Below, piece by piece: positions 1 through 12,772 of a stretch of 64,000 nucleotides of DNA. This stretch comes from Lama guanicoe. Its lineage: Eukaryota. The DNA lies in the NCBI GenBank assembly GCA_013239625.1, contig MU053629.1:1577567-1641566 (forward strand), given 5' to 3'. The position numbers and the translations under genes are program-made. Each line of letters starts with the position of its first letter. Within the stretch, counting starts at the first letter, position 1. The notes below the pieces were generated by a model. That model made no database searches. It saw nothing but the letters and a program-made list of their open reading frames with translations, and had not been told where the DNA came from.

Positions 1-1235
1 AGAACTAGAACAGAAAATTTAAAAATTTGTTATGGAAACACAACAGACCCTGAATAGCCAAAACAATCTTGAAAAAGAATAGAGCTGGAGGAATCATGCT
101 CCCTGACTTCAGGCTATACTACAAAGCTACAATAATCCAAACGGTCACATAAACAGACACATAGATCAATGGAACAGGATAGAAAGCCCAGAAATAAACC
201 CACACATTTATGGTCCATTAATCTACAACAAAGGAGGCAAGAATATACAATGGAGAAAAGACAATCTTTTTAAGAAGTGTTACTGGGAAAACTGGACTAC
301 ATGTAAAAGAATGAAATTAAAACATTCCCTAATACCAAATACAAAAATAAACTCAAAATGGATTAAATACCTAAATGTAAGAGGAGATACTCTAAAACTC
401 CAGGGGGGAAACATAGACAGAACACTCTTTGACATAAATCGCAGCAATATTTTTTTGGATCCATCCCCTGGAGTAATGGAAATAAAAACAAAAACAAACA
501 AATGGGACCTAAGTAAACTTAAAAGCTTTTGCACAGCAAAGGAAACCATAAGCAAAACAAAAAGACAACATATGGAAAGGGAGAAAAAATTGCAAATGAT
601 GCTACTGACAAGGGATTAATTTCCAAAATATACAAACAGCTTATATAGCTTAATATATATTTTAAAAAAAAATCAAAAAATGGGCAGAAGACCTCAATAG
701 ACATTTCTCCAAAGAAGACATTCAGATGGCCAAGAGGCACGTAAAAAGATGCTCAATTTTGCTAATTATTAGAAAAATGCAAATTAAAACTCCCATGAGG
801 TTATCACCTCCCACCAGTCAGAAGGACTATCATTAAAAAGTCAGCAAATAATAAAAGCTGGAGAGAGTGTGGAGAAAAAGGAGCCTTCCGACACTGTTGG
901 TGGGAATGTAAATTGGTGTAGCCACTAGGGAGAACAGTATGGAGGTTCCTTAAAAAAACTGAAAATACAGTTACCATATGATCCTGCAATCCCACTCCTA
1001 CACATATATCCTGAGAAAACTCTAATTCGAAAAGATACATGCACTCCAATGTTCATAGCAGCACTATTTACAATAGCCAAGACATGGAAGCAACCTAAAT
1101 GTCCAATGACAGATGAATAAAGAAGACATGGCATAAATATATTTATATAGATAAATATACACACATACACAATGGAACATTACTCAGCCACAAAAAAAGA
1201 ATAAAATAATGCCATTTGCAGCAACACGGATGGTT
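1..1235 (+). mobile_element. LINE-1 fragment (3' part of ORF2, decayed)
   Basis: ORF 311..619 ([30 protein letters not shown]) is L1 ORF2 C-terminal sequence; continues to the GCCATTTGCAGCAACA motif; frameshifts and stops present. Confidence 0.95.
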
Positions 1236-1239
1236 ATTA

Positions 1240-1415
1240 CAATCCCTCTCAACTCCTCCCTTTTTCCTATAAAAGCAAATTCCCCTTCCGTGTTCTCTAG
1301 ATTTGACTATGGTCCACCATAGTCTACATATCCTAATTTGCAACTTTTCTGACTATCCCCAAATAAACTCATTTTGCTGGTCAAAAAACTGGCTATTATA
1401 TTATTAAAACTGACA
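1240..1415 (+). mobile_element. 3' part of an ERV LTR
   Basis: CTATAAAAG TATA-like box followed by AATAAACTC poly(A) signal and U5-like tail; family not assigned. Confidence 0.55.
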
Positions 1416-1899
1416 AGAACTAGATAGAGATGGTAGTTATACAATACTGTGAATGTACTAAGTACAAGTGAATTATTCACTTTAAAATGGTTAACTGTGT
1501 GTTGTATGAATTTCAACTCAATAAATTATTTTTTTTAAGGAGTGTGGCAGGAAGTGCTTCCCCAAAAATGAACTTAGGATATGTTAACAAAGAAAGACAG
1601 GATCAACAGTGGGCAAACAAATACATAATAAATATATAAACAAATTTACACCATGATGACTTTGACAGTTCTAAGAAATTATAGGATGACATTCCAGGTT
1701 CATCAAATTGTGAATTCAAAGGCAAGAAAGTCATGAGCATTTAAAGAATAGAAAGTAGATCAGAATAGCTAGAAAACAAAAAGATGTTCATATAAAATTG
1801 TAAGAAAATGAACATTAGGTTCAGAATGTGAAAAAAATTTAATGAGTTTGCATTTAGTTCTATAATATATGATGATTCAACACTGGTAATTTGGAGAAC

Positions 1900-4500
1900 A
1901 AAAATGTTATCTGTACCTAGCACAGTGTCTGGTATCTCATACGTCCTCAATGAAGGACACATTTCAAGACCAATTTGATAGAAATTTACAGCGAATTGGA
2001 AAGCTGAAATAATAGTTAAGATACTACTGAAATAAATCAGTATTGAGATTCAAAGAAGCTAACAACAAAAATCAAACTCTAAATGTTTTAGGGAGACATT
2101 CGTCATGCGTTCAAGAAACCGACAATTCCTAAATCACTTGAAATGTTTGAGGGCAATGAAGAAAAGTCTTAGCTCTTAAGTAGAGCTCATAAAAGTAACA
2201 GTAATGAAATTCAACAAAGCACAAAAAATACAATTGTAATACTGCACCATAAAGGTGGTTGTAAAAATTTACAACTAAAATATTAGCCAGCAAAGTGAGA
2301 AGTACATTAAAAGGTTAACACATGGAATGTCAGTGGGGTTTATTCCAGAACTATGATGGTGCAACACAAGCAAATCAATTAACAAAATTCATGTTAGACT
2401 ATGTTTTAAAAACCATCTGATAAAATGCAAAATCTATTCCTAATTAAAATCTACTACTAAGGCAAGAATAAAGGTTCTCTTTTTTAAATGATTAAAAATT
2501 TCATACCGTAAAAGAAAAACACCTGCTGCTGCATTTGCCCTTAGAGTCAAGTACAAGACTAGAGCGCCCACTTTTATTACTACTACCAATAATGCAACTG
2601 AGCAAAAACATAAAATAAGCATTATATATTGTAGAAATTGTTACTATTTGCAGGTGATATTTAATACCTGAAAAACCCATCAGAAGACTCTGACTAAATA
2701 CTAGAAAGAAGAGCACAGTTAGGCGATTGATTACATAACAAATATAAATCAACACTAAAAAGTATCTTGCTCTCAGAGCACATAAAGTATCTACTCTCCC
2801 CTTTTGAGAGCAGCAATTCAACAGTGAGGTGGTTCCACAACTCTCAATCCTGTTGACCAGCTGTCACTGAACATAGTTGAAGGAGAAAATAGGAAGATGG
2901 CAGGAAACCCTTCAGGACAAGTTTTCGAAACAAAAATAGAGTTGCAATCTTGGCAGAACGGGACAAAGAGAAAAGAAGATTGTTAAAGCAGAACCAATCT
3001 TCAACAAATCATCCTGGAGCTAGCATGCTGAGCAGCAGCATCCTGCAGCCCAACAGAAGGCAGCTTTGCAGCATGCAAAGGTGCATTCACATGGATACTT
3101 CACAACTCAAGATTCTGCAGGAAAATTTTATTCTTCCCATTTTACCTCACCTTGACATAGAACACATTTACAAGGATGACAACTTTGTAACATCAAATGC
3201 CAAAGCTACTATAATTCGGTGCTGTATAAAATGTGACTTCCAGAATTTTGGCAAACTTTTATACTTTTTGTTTCTTTAAAAGAAAATTGTACGTAAATGA
3301 CTAACTTTTGGGTAATACAATTTGATTTTAACTCTAAATCAGACTCTAAAATTGGACGGTTACATAAACTTATTCCCTAATCCCCAAGAAGTTAGACTGA
3401 GCATATCGTGTCCACAGAGACTTTCAAGAATCATTTATAGTACTTTAAAGACACAAGGTCTGTTTTCTTTTTTAAATGTAAACTAATAGGCTTAAATAAG
3501 TTGTATTCATATTTGCGGTTTATAGAATTGATGGCAGTGTCCCTTTTGATTTTAGTAAACCTGTCATCCTGAAATATTCTTTTAACATATAGCTAATTCT
3601 CAATTGTAAAAGAAAACCCAAGGTAAGACTAAATACCCAACGAGTCTTAAACATATTTTATAAATGATGTGACTAAATGCTACTAAAAAGTTATAAGGAA
3701 AAAAACTTCAAAGGATCTTTAAATAACACTATAATAAAGAAAAACTTTATATAATGAGGAAGAAATTCCATGTAAAGTTGTAAGAAACAACATAAATACC
3801 TAGGAATAAACTAAACAAGAAATGTGCAAAAGTTTTATTTAAAAAATACCTAAAATTATGCTAAAGAACAAAAAATATTCTTTTAATAAATGGAGAGCTT
3901 AGCAGTGCTCTTCTTAGGAAGAATTCACATTTTAAGGAGCCAATTCTCCTTCAGTTAAAGTATAAAATTAATTCAACATCAACCGAAATCACCCTGGATT
4001 TATCTAAAACTTGAAAAAGAAGTTTAAGATTGTATGTAAAATTAAATACATAAGAACTGCAAAAAGAAAAAGAAAAATCTCTGAAAAAAATCAGAATCTG
4101 AGAAAGCTCCTAGCTTATTAGACATTAAAATTTATAATGCTAGAATAACTAAATCAATGCAGTTGTGGCACAAGAATAGACAGATTAGAAATTATCAATA
4201 TAAAAGAGTTGAGAGTCTAAAAGAAGATCCAAGCACATAAAGGAAATCAGGATACGATGAACGTTAGCATATGATAAAGGTGCTATTCCAAATGAATGCA
4301 TATACCCTACATCCCAATGTGTACAGGGAGACGTGTTATCAGTGTTCACTGCACTCTCTTCATAATAGGGAAAAAAACTAAATATTCATCAGTGGGAAGA
4401 GATAACTAAAATGTGCTATATTCTGATAATGTCAAAGTATAAACTTTATACTGTAAAGAAGTTAACACACGCAAATCAACAAAAATGTAATTTTTCAATG
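1900..4500 (+). mobile_element. Old, highly diverged L1 (L1M-type) ORF2 remnant interrupted by a retrocopy
   Basis: Residual L1 motifs, e.g. GCAGGTGATAT..GAAAAACCC near 2650 and AAATACCTAGGAATAAA near 3795, colinear across the insertion. Confidence 0.6.
2769..3708 (+). pseudogene. INIP: Processed pseudogene of INIP (C9orf80/SOSS-C); CDS remnant 2897-3162 plus probable UTR sequence
   Basis: From ATG 2897: MAGNPSGQ-(fs)-RNKNRVAILAERDKEKRRLLKQNQSSTNHPGAS-(del)-HAEQQHPAAQQKAALQHA..GYFTTQDSA-(fs)-ILPILPHLDIE, matching INIP as I recall it; intronless, frameshifted; outer limits approximate. Confidence 0.9.
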
Positions 4501-5133
4501 TTCAAAATAAAATTTAGTGTTTAAGGAACAAAAAAAACAATACTAGAGGGGCTTATATTGCGTAAGTTAAAAGTAAAAGCCCTCAAATGTGCCAGAATGG
4601 CTAGGTTTGACTCTAGGCTATACCACTTACTGGCTATTAATCAAGCCAAGTCCCTTGATTTCTCTACAGCTCATTTGCTTATGGTAAATTAAAAGACAAT
4701 ATGAGACACTCTATGATTTTCATGAGGATTAAATAACACAAACAGAGTTCTTAGAATCACTGCCTAGAACTCAATACACATTCAATATACACTAAACGTA
4801 CTGCTATTATAATCATTATCATTTAGTTCATTATTGCTATCTCTAATATTTATTGGTTATAAATGTAAAAAGGGTTGTATACAAAAGTATTTTTTTTAAA
4901 GATTAGTGGGATAGACTCCCAAACTAGTGATAGTGATTTTGCAGGGGAGTGCAGAGGCAAATATCAAAGAGGACTGATATCAACTTAGTGTGTTATGTTT
5001 TCATTCTTTTTATTTTAAAAATGGTCACATAAACATGACAAAATGTTAACACTTGTTAACAGATAGTAGAAGAAATATAGGAGTCTTTTTATTCTCTGTA
5101 CTTCTCTAGAGTCTTAAATTTTCCTCAAGAAAA

Positions 5134-6340
5134 GGTCAACTCATCTTCGACAAAGGAGGCAAGAATATACAATGGAATAAAGACAGTCTCTTCAGCAAAT
5201 GGTGTTGGGAAAACTGGACAGCAGCATGTAAAACAATGAAGCTAGAACACACCCTTACACCATATACAAAAATCAACTCAAAATGGATTAAAGACTTAAA
5301 CATAAGACAAGATACAATAAACNNNNNNNNNNNNNNNNNNNNNNNNNNNNNNNNNNNNNNNNNNNNNNNNNNNNNNNNNNNNNNNNNNNNNNNNNNNNNN
5401 NNNNNNNNNNNNNNNNNNNNNNNNNNNNNNNNNNNNNNNNNNNNNNNNNNNNNNNNNNNNNNNNNNNNNNNNNNNNNNNNNNNNNNNNNNNNNNNNNNNN
5501 NNNNNNNNNNNNNNNNNNNNNNNNNNNNNNNNNNNNNNNNNNNNNNNNNNNNNNNNNNNNNNNNNNNNNNNNNNNNNNNNNNNNNNNNNNNNNNNNNNNN
5601 NNNNNNNNNNNNNNNNNNNNNNNNNNNNNNNNNNNNNNNNNNNNNNNNNNNNNNNNNNNNNNNNNNNNNNNNNNNNNNNNNNNNNNNNNNNNNNNNNNNN
5701 NNNNNNNNNNNNNNNNNNNNNNNNNNNNNNNNNNNNNNNNNNNNNNNNNNNNNNNNNNNNNNNNNNNNNNNNNNNNNNNNNNNNNNNNNNNNNNNNNNNN
5801 NNNNNNNNNNNNNNNNTGACTGGATAAAGAAGATGTGGTATATTTATACAATGGAATACTACTCAGCCATAAAAACCGACAACATAATGCCATTTGCAGC
5901 AACATGGATGCTCCTAGAGAATGTCATTCTAAGTGAAGTAAGCCAGAAAGAGAAAGAAAAATACCATATGAGATCGCTCATATGTGGAATCTAAAAAACA
6001 AAAACAAAAACAAACAAACAAACAAAAACAAAGCATAAATACAGGACAGAAATAGACTCATGGGCAGAGAATACAGACTTGTGGTTACCAGGGGGGTAGA
6101 GGGTGGGAAGGGATAGACTGGGATTTCAAAATTGTAGAATAGATAAACAAGATTACACTGTATAGCACAGAGAAATATACACAAAATGTTATGATAAATC
6201 ACAGAGAAAAAAATGTGACAATGAGTGTGTACATGTCCATGAATGACTCAAAAACTGTGCTGAACACTGGAACTTGACACAACATTGTAAAATGATTATA
6301 AATCAATAAAAAATGTTAAAAAGAAACAAAAAACAAAAAA
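5134..6340 (+). mobile_element. Young 5'-truncated L1 spanning an assembly gap
   Basis: Nearly identical to the L1 at 20.5-22.2 kb; ORF2 end ...[10 protein letters not shown] at 5994; 3' UTR, AATAAA and A-tail. Confidence 0.95.
5323..5816. other. Assembly gap (494 N)
   Basis: Run of N. Confidence 1.
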
Positions 6341-7613
6341 GTTTGTATCATCTTATTTTTCAATTACAATATAATTAGAAGTTATCAATGTCCCATTATT
6401 GTTTTAATTTAGGATTTATAAAAATGCAAAGTTATCTTTACAATAGGTTTGTTTTTATAAACACTTTAACAACCAAAAAAAATTAAGAATTTATTTTATC
6501 TATATTGTTTCTAACTATAATACAGAAGGTTTGAAAAACAAAAATTAAATAACATAAGCTTAATGGTGTTTGTCCTTTCCTCAGGCACACAGAAATCTGC
6601 AAAGTTAGGGGACAGATATCATTGAGAAGATATATCCATCAGCCTGCTACCTTAGACATTCTGTGATAGTTTTACTTAAAATTTATCATTTTGTATCCGT
6701 TTTATACATAAATATCACAACCATAACCTCTGGGTATATTCTGACAATGCATTCATAAAACAGAAAGATGAATCATCAATGCAGCAAGATTTGCCAAAGA
6801 TAAGATGTCTTTTAGAAAAATTATCAGCAGAGAAAGGTTCAATGAACAAAATACACCATCAATCTAATAACATTTTCAATAAAACTTGTGAGTTATGGGG
6901 TAAATTCTGTTTAGTCCTTTCTTTAACACATTATGTTGTAGGCAAATAAAAGAATAAAAACAATACATCAAATTACAAATTCAGGTTCCTTCAGTACTAA
7001 AACATGTAATAAAGTAAAATCAATGGGAATGTCTAAGTTTTTCAAGCTGTAAGCCCCATTTATACCAGCTATAATCAAGACTGTCTCTAAATGTGAAAGA
7101 TAAGAATAAATTAATTTTATTCCTAAGATACTTAATAAAGTTAGTATCTCTTCAAAATATTGTATAAAAGCTAGTGTTCAGACCATCCATTTCAGAGCTA
7201 AATTATCTACTAGCTGTAGCATCTCCACTGTTGATGTCCCACAAATGCTCAAAAATAACCAAAATCTCTGATTCAATCAACTATTTTTCATTGTAGTTCT
7301 TGTTATCAACAACTGTCAAGTTCGGGCAAGGTGCGATAATTGATGACTGATTTAATTTTTTCGTTTTCCCTGAAACTCCAAGAAAATATACAGTAGGTTC
7401 ACAAAATTTATATCATATTCAATCAACCAACATTTTTAATCTCTTACATGGACCATCAAAATAATCTCTTAATCCTTCTTTGCCTCCCTAACCAGAGTGG
7501 TGTTTTAAAAAACAAATCTAATTGTGTTCCTTCCCTGCTTTAAAGTCCTTTGGAATAAGTTATCTGAGATCTACTTCAAATAATACAAGAGGCAAGAAAA
7601 GTGAATGGGATCA

Positions 7614-8400
7614 TGTGGCACGATGGGAAACAGATACTTTGGTTTTTGTCCAGCTCAGGCACATAGCTCCTAAAACCCTTGGAATCACTGGAGTGGTAAG
7701 AGTATCTTTTGCATGCTAACAAGATGAATGGTGACTGGGGGCTGCTAGACAGCTTCAGGATGGGGCAGGACCTCAAAATCCAAGCCATAATTAGAGGTGG
7801 GACTTTCAGCCCTCCAACCAACTCCCAGGAGGGGGGAGGGGCTAGAGATTGCATTAAGTCATCAATGGCCAATGCTTTATGAGTTAAATCACCAAAGGCC
7901 AATGCTTTAAGCAATCATGCTGAAATAATGAAACCTCCATAAAAACCCCTAAACAACAGGGTTTGGAGAGCTTCAAATATACCCAACACAGCGTGGGAGC
8001 TCTTCACACCATCCTTCCGTCACCCTATCCCCTGCAAGTACCTTGTCCTATGTATCTCGTCCATTTGGCTGTTTCTGAGTTGTATCCTTTATAGTAAGTC
8101 AGTAAATGCAAGTAAAGTGTTTCCCTGGGTTTTGTGAGACATTCTAGCAAATTACCAAACCTGACGAGGAAGTACTGGGAATGCCCAATTTACAGCCAGT
8201 TAATCAGAAGTATAGCTGGCAATCTGGGACTTGCAAATGGCATCTGAAGTGCGGACAGTTCTGTGGAGTCTGCACAAATTCCAATTAGTGTCAGAATAGA
8301 GTTGAATTGGAGGACACACAGTGTCTAAAGAGTTAGAGGATTGGCTGGTGTGAGGGAAAAATCCCACATATTTGGTGTCAGATGTTGTTGAGTAAAAACA
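7614..8400 (+). mobile_element. Solo LTR, MER21-like
   Basis: TGTGG..CA ends; motifs CTCCTAAAACCCTTGGAAT, CTTCAGGATGGGG, GGCCAATG, TTGGTGTCAGA; sits inside an old L1 3' end. Confidence 0.7.
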
Positions 8401-8639
8401 GTACGGAGGGTATAAATGAAATAAAAGTGGTCATGAGTTCATAACTGTTGAAACTGGATGCTGGGAAATATTCTCTCCACTTGGGTATATGTTTAATATT
8501 TTTCTATAATAAAAAGTTAATAAAGTCTATTTAAAAGGGAAAAAAGTTTAAAAAAAGTTTCAGAAGCTTTTCAATAGTTTTGCTCTAAAGAACAAAATCT
8601 CTCCAATGGCTGAGAAGGCCAGGAACAGACCTCTCCCCT

Positions 8640-9530
8640 TGCTCTCCCTCGTCTAGGTACACCTGAGATGTTCAATTCCTAGAGGGCATCATGCTTCTTT
8701 CCACTGCAGGAACCTTGCACATGCAGTTCCCTCTACTTAGAGCCTGGCTTCTTCATCCTACCTTCTTTCACCCAGTTAATGTCTATCATAAGATCTCAAT
8801 TTAAACAGCCCAGTACCAGGGACACATTAGGTACGCAATAATTGTTAGTTGAATTAAATGGCACTTCCTCAGGGAAGCTATCCTTGACTGTATCCACAAG
8901 AGATCAAGTCCCTCTTTTAAAATGCTCATACCAGCACCCGGTACTTTACCCTCACAGCATTCTGCACAGTTTGCAGTTATGCACTATTTATGTGATAATC
9001 TGTTTAGTGTCCTCTCATATCAGTCTATAAAGTCCATGAGGGCAAAGACAGTGTCAATTTTGTTTATACTCCTAATGTTTAGCAAAGGTAAAGCACACAA
9101 AGGGACCTCAATAAATATTTGCTGAATTGAGCTGAGCAATTTGGGTCTATGGTTCATTATTTACACAGAATCTAATTTAAACCCAGGTATTATCTTACTA
9201 TGAACTAATATAATCAAAGTGCTTTAAAAGAACTGATTGAAGTGTGGTGGTACCACAGTGTACAGACACCATGGATTCTGTCTTCAGTCCATTTCTGTCT
9301 CCTCCTCTCACTGTACATACAATTCTGGAGTAATTCAGTTACTCCCAAGGCTTTCACTAACCTCTCATATACTAATGATTCAGTCCAAATTTCTCTCCTC
9401 TGAACTCCAGACCTGAACATCCACGGCTAACATGATATAACCACTCAGATCTTAAATCTTAAATTGAAAGGGATTTTAAAAGAAAGAATCATAAACTCAC
9501 GTGTTTAAAACTGAACTTGGCATTTCCTAC
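8640..9530. mobile_element. L2 fragments
   Basis: L2-type 3' ends (CTCAATAAATATTTGCTGAAT) and TCTCTCCTCTGAACTCCAGAC motif. Confidence 0.6.
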
Positions 9531-10409
9531 TACCCCTCTGCCACACCCACAGCCACAAATAAATTTATGAAGTTCTAAATTTATGAATTTAGAGATTCAT
9601 ATAAGGCATCAATAAAGATACTTATCAAGGGCATTTCAGGAGGGACAGGCTACTTGCAAAGTTCTGCAACTGAAAGTGAAGTACACACTGTGATTCAGCT
9701 CTTCCCACCCCTGACCCAAGTACATCCCTTCTCCAGGGCTTCATTAGGCTGACACTGATTTTGGCACTGTAATTCATTAAACCACACAAATTACCCATGT
9801 TTAGCTGCACAAAAGTAAACAGCTGATAAAAAGGGAAAAGCTTTTTTTGTTATTATCCCTGTTTAGAAAGCAAGTACACTTAGAAAACAAAAGGACCTGC
9901 TGAGTTTGCTAACAATTGTTTTGCTACATCAATAATGAGAACTAGTCAAATAAATCAGGAAGCAGACATGCTTATTCAGCAAGAACTACAGACAAAATTG
10001 AATCAAACTAATGGGTTTTTGCTTGTATTCAAGAACTACCAATTCACGATCCTGATGAACCAGCTAAATACTGGCAAAGAAGAAGAAGAAACTACTGTTG
10101 TCTTATTTTGTCTTGTTTTAATTTACAGTAATGATTTATACCACCAAAGGCCAGTTGTTCTTTCTTCCACTCATGGTCCAATGCACAAATTCAAATTTAA
10201 TTGTACACATAAACTGCTAAATTCACTGATGAAAAGTTGGGTTGGAAAAACTACCGAAGAACTGGAAAATAAACCAAATAGCATTATCTTTCTAAAATGG
10301 AAATAAGTGAGGGAAACTGAAGGATTTGAGCACAGAGATAGACTTAATAGTTCCTACAAGTGAATTTATCAAATTCTGAAACTTTCTAACATTCCCTAGG
10401 TGAACAGAG

Positions 10410-10590
10410 CAATAACAGCCACTAATATTCATTGAGCATGTTCTATGTGGCAGGCACTGTGCTAAACCCTTTACATATATTACTTTAATTTCAGAACAAC
10501 TCTATGAAATAGAGATTCCTATTATTTCCATTTGCAAGGAAAGGAAATGGAGGCACAGTGAGGCTAAACAGTTACCCAAGGTCATACTGC
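10410..10590 (-). mobile_element. MIR SINE
   Basis: GGCACTGTGCTAA..GGAAATGGAGGCACAG..CCCAAGGTCA core. Confidence 0.7.
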
Positions 10591-10624
10591 CAGGATATAT
10601 CAAGAAATAGTATCAAGAATATAT

Positions 10625-12267
10625 TCAAATTACCCAGGACATATTTCATAGAACTAGAACAAATCATAATAAAATTTATATGGAACCACAAAAGACCTAG
10701 AATTGCCAAAGCATTACTGAAGAAAAAGAAAGAGGCTGGAGGAATAACTCTCCCAGACTTCAGACAATACTACAGAGCTATAGTAATCAAGACAGCATGG
10801 TATTGGTACAAAAACAGACATAGAGACCAATGGAACGGAACAGAGAGCCCAGAAATGACCCACAAACTTTTGGTCAACTAATCTTCAACAAAGGAGGCAA
10901 GATATACAATGGAATAAAGACAGGCTCTTAGCAAATGGTGTTCGGAAAACAAAACTGTACAGCAGCATGTAAATCAATGAAGCTAGAACACTCTCTTACA
11001 CCATACACAAAAAATTAACTGAAAATGGATCAAAGACTTAAACATAAGACAAGATACAATAAACCTCATAGAAAAAACATGGGCAAAACATTATCTCATA
11101 TACATCTCAGAAATGCTTTCCTAGGGCAGTCTATCCAAGCAATAGAAATAAAAGCAAGAATAAACAAATGGGACCTAATGAAGCTTACAAGCGTCTGCAC
11201 AGCAAAGGAAACCATAAACAAAACAAAATGACAACCTACAGAATGGGAGAAAATTTTTGCAAATGATGAAACTGACTAAGGCTTCATCTCCAGAATATAT
11301 AAGCAGCTCATATGACTTAATAAGAAAAAACAACCCAATCCAAAAATGGGCAGAAGACCTAAACAAGCAATTCTCCAAGGAAGAAATACAAATGATCAAT
11401 AGGCACATGAAAAAACACTCAATATCACTAATTATCAGAGAAATGCAAATCAAAACTATAATGAGGTATCACCTCATACCAGCCAGACTGGCCACCATTC
11501 AATAGTCCACAAATGACAAATGCTGGAGAGGCTGTGGAGAAAAGGGAACCCTCCTACACTGCTGGTGGGAATGCAAGTTGGTGCAGCCACTGTGGAAAAC
11601 AGTATGGAGATTCCTCAAAAGACTAGGAATAGACTTACCATATGACCCAGGAATCCCGCTCCTGGGCATATATCCAGAAGGAACCCTACTTCAAAAAGAC
11701 ACTTGCACCCCAATGTTCATAGCAGCACTATTTACAACAGCCAAGACATGGAAACAGCCTAAATGTCCATCAACAGATGACTGGATAAAGAAGATGTGGT
11801 TTATTTATGCAATGGAATACTATTCGGCCATTAAAAATGACAACATAATGCCATCTGCAGCAACATGGATGTTCCTGGAGAATGTCATTATAAGTGAAGT
11901 AAGCCAGAAAAAGAAAGAAAAATACCATATGAGATCGCTCATATGTGGAATATAAAAAAAAAAGAAACATAAATACAAAACAGAAACAGACTCATAGACG
12001 TAGAATACAAACTTGTGGCTGCCAAGGGGGAGGAGGGTGGAAAGGGACAGACTGGGAGTTCGAAATTTGTAGATACTGAAAGGCATATGTAGGACAGATA
12101 AACAAGATTATGCTGTATATATTCAAGATCTTGTGGTAGCTCACAGCAAAAAAAAATGTGACAATGAATATATGCATGTTCATGTATAAGTGAAAAATTG
12201 TGCTCTACAGTGGAAATTGACACAACATTGTAAACTGATTATAACTCAATAAAAAAAGTTTAAAAAA
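10625..12267 (+). mobile_element. 5'-truncated L1 with TSD AAGAATATAT
   Basis: ORF2 fragments in ORFs at 10558, 11257 and 11578; TSD at 10615-10624 and 12268-12277. Confidence 0.95.
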
Positions 12268-12278
12268 AAGAATATATA

Positions 12279-12761
12279 TACTCAGCCATAAAAAATAATA
12301 AGATAATGCTATTTGCAGTAATATGGATGGACCTGGAGATTGTCATTCTAAGGGAAATAAGCCAGAAAGAGAAAGAAAAATACCATATGATATTACTTAT
12401 ATGTGGAATCTAAAAAAAAAAAAAAAAAAAAAAACTTATCTGCAAAACAGAAACAGACTATCAGACAAGAGAACAAACTTGTAGTTACCAAAGGGGGAAA
12501 GGGTGGGAGGGGATAAATTAGGAGCTAGAGATTTGTAGATACTAACTGATATATATAGAATAGATAAACACAAGTTCATGCTGTATAGTGCAGGGAAATA
12601 TATTCAATAACTTGTAGTAACATGGTGAAAAAGAGTATGAAAACGCATATATATGTAAGTTCATATATGACTGAAGCATTGTAATGTACACGAGAAATTG
12701 ACACAACATTGTAAACTGATTCTACGTCAATAAAAATATATATACACAAAAAAAGAGAACA
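12279..12761 (+). mobile_element. Short L1 3' end (older subfamily)
   Basis: CTCAGCCATAAAAA..ATGTGGAATCTAAAA, 3' UTR and A-tail; flanked by AAGAA(T/C)ATATA. Confidence 0.9.
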
Positions 12762-12772
12762 AAGAACATATA

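Noticed and set aside
5236..5994. 252-aa and 205-aa ORFs
   Set aside because: Artefacts of translating through the N gap
9935..10306. 123-aa ORF and a possible 31-nt minus-strand exon (10040-10070)
   Set aside because: No protein similarity recognised; the acceptor looks good but the donor (GTAGTT) is weak
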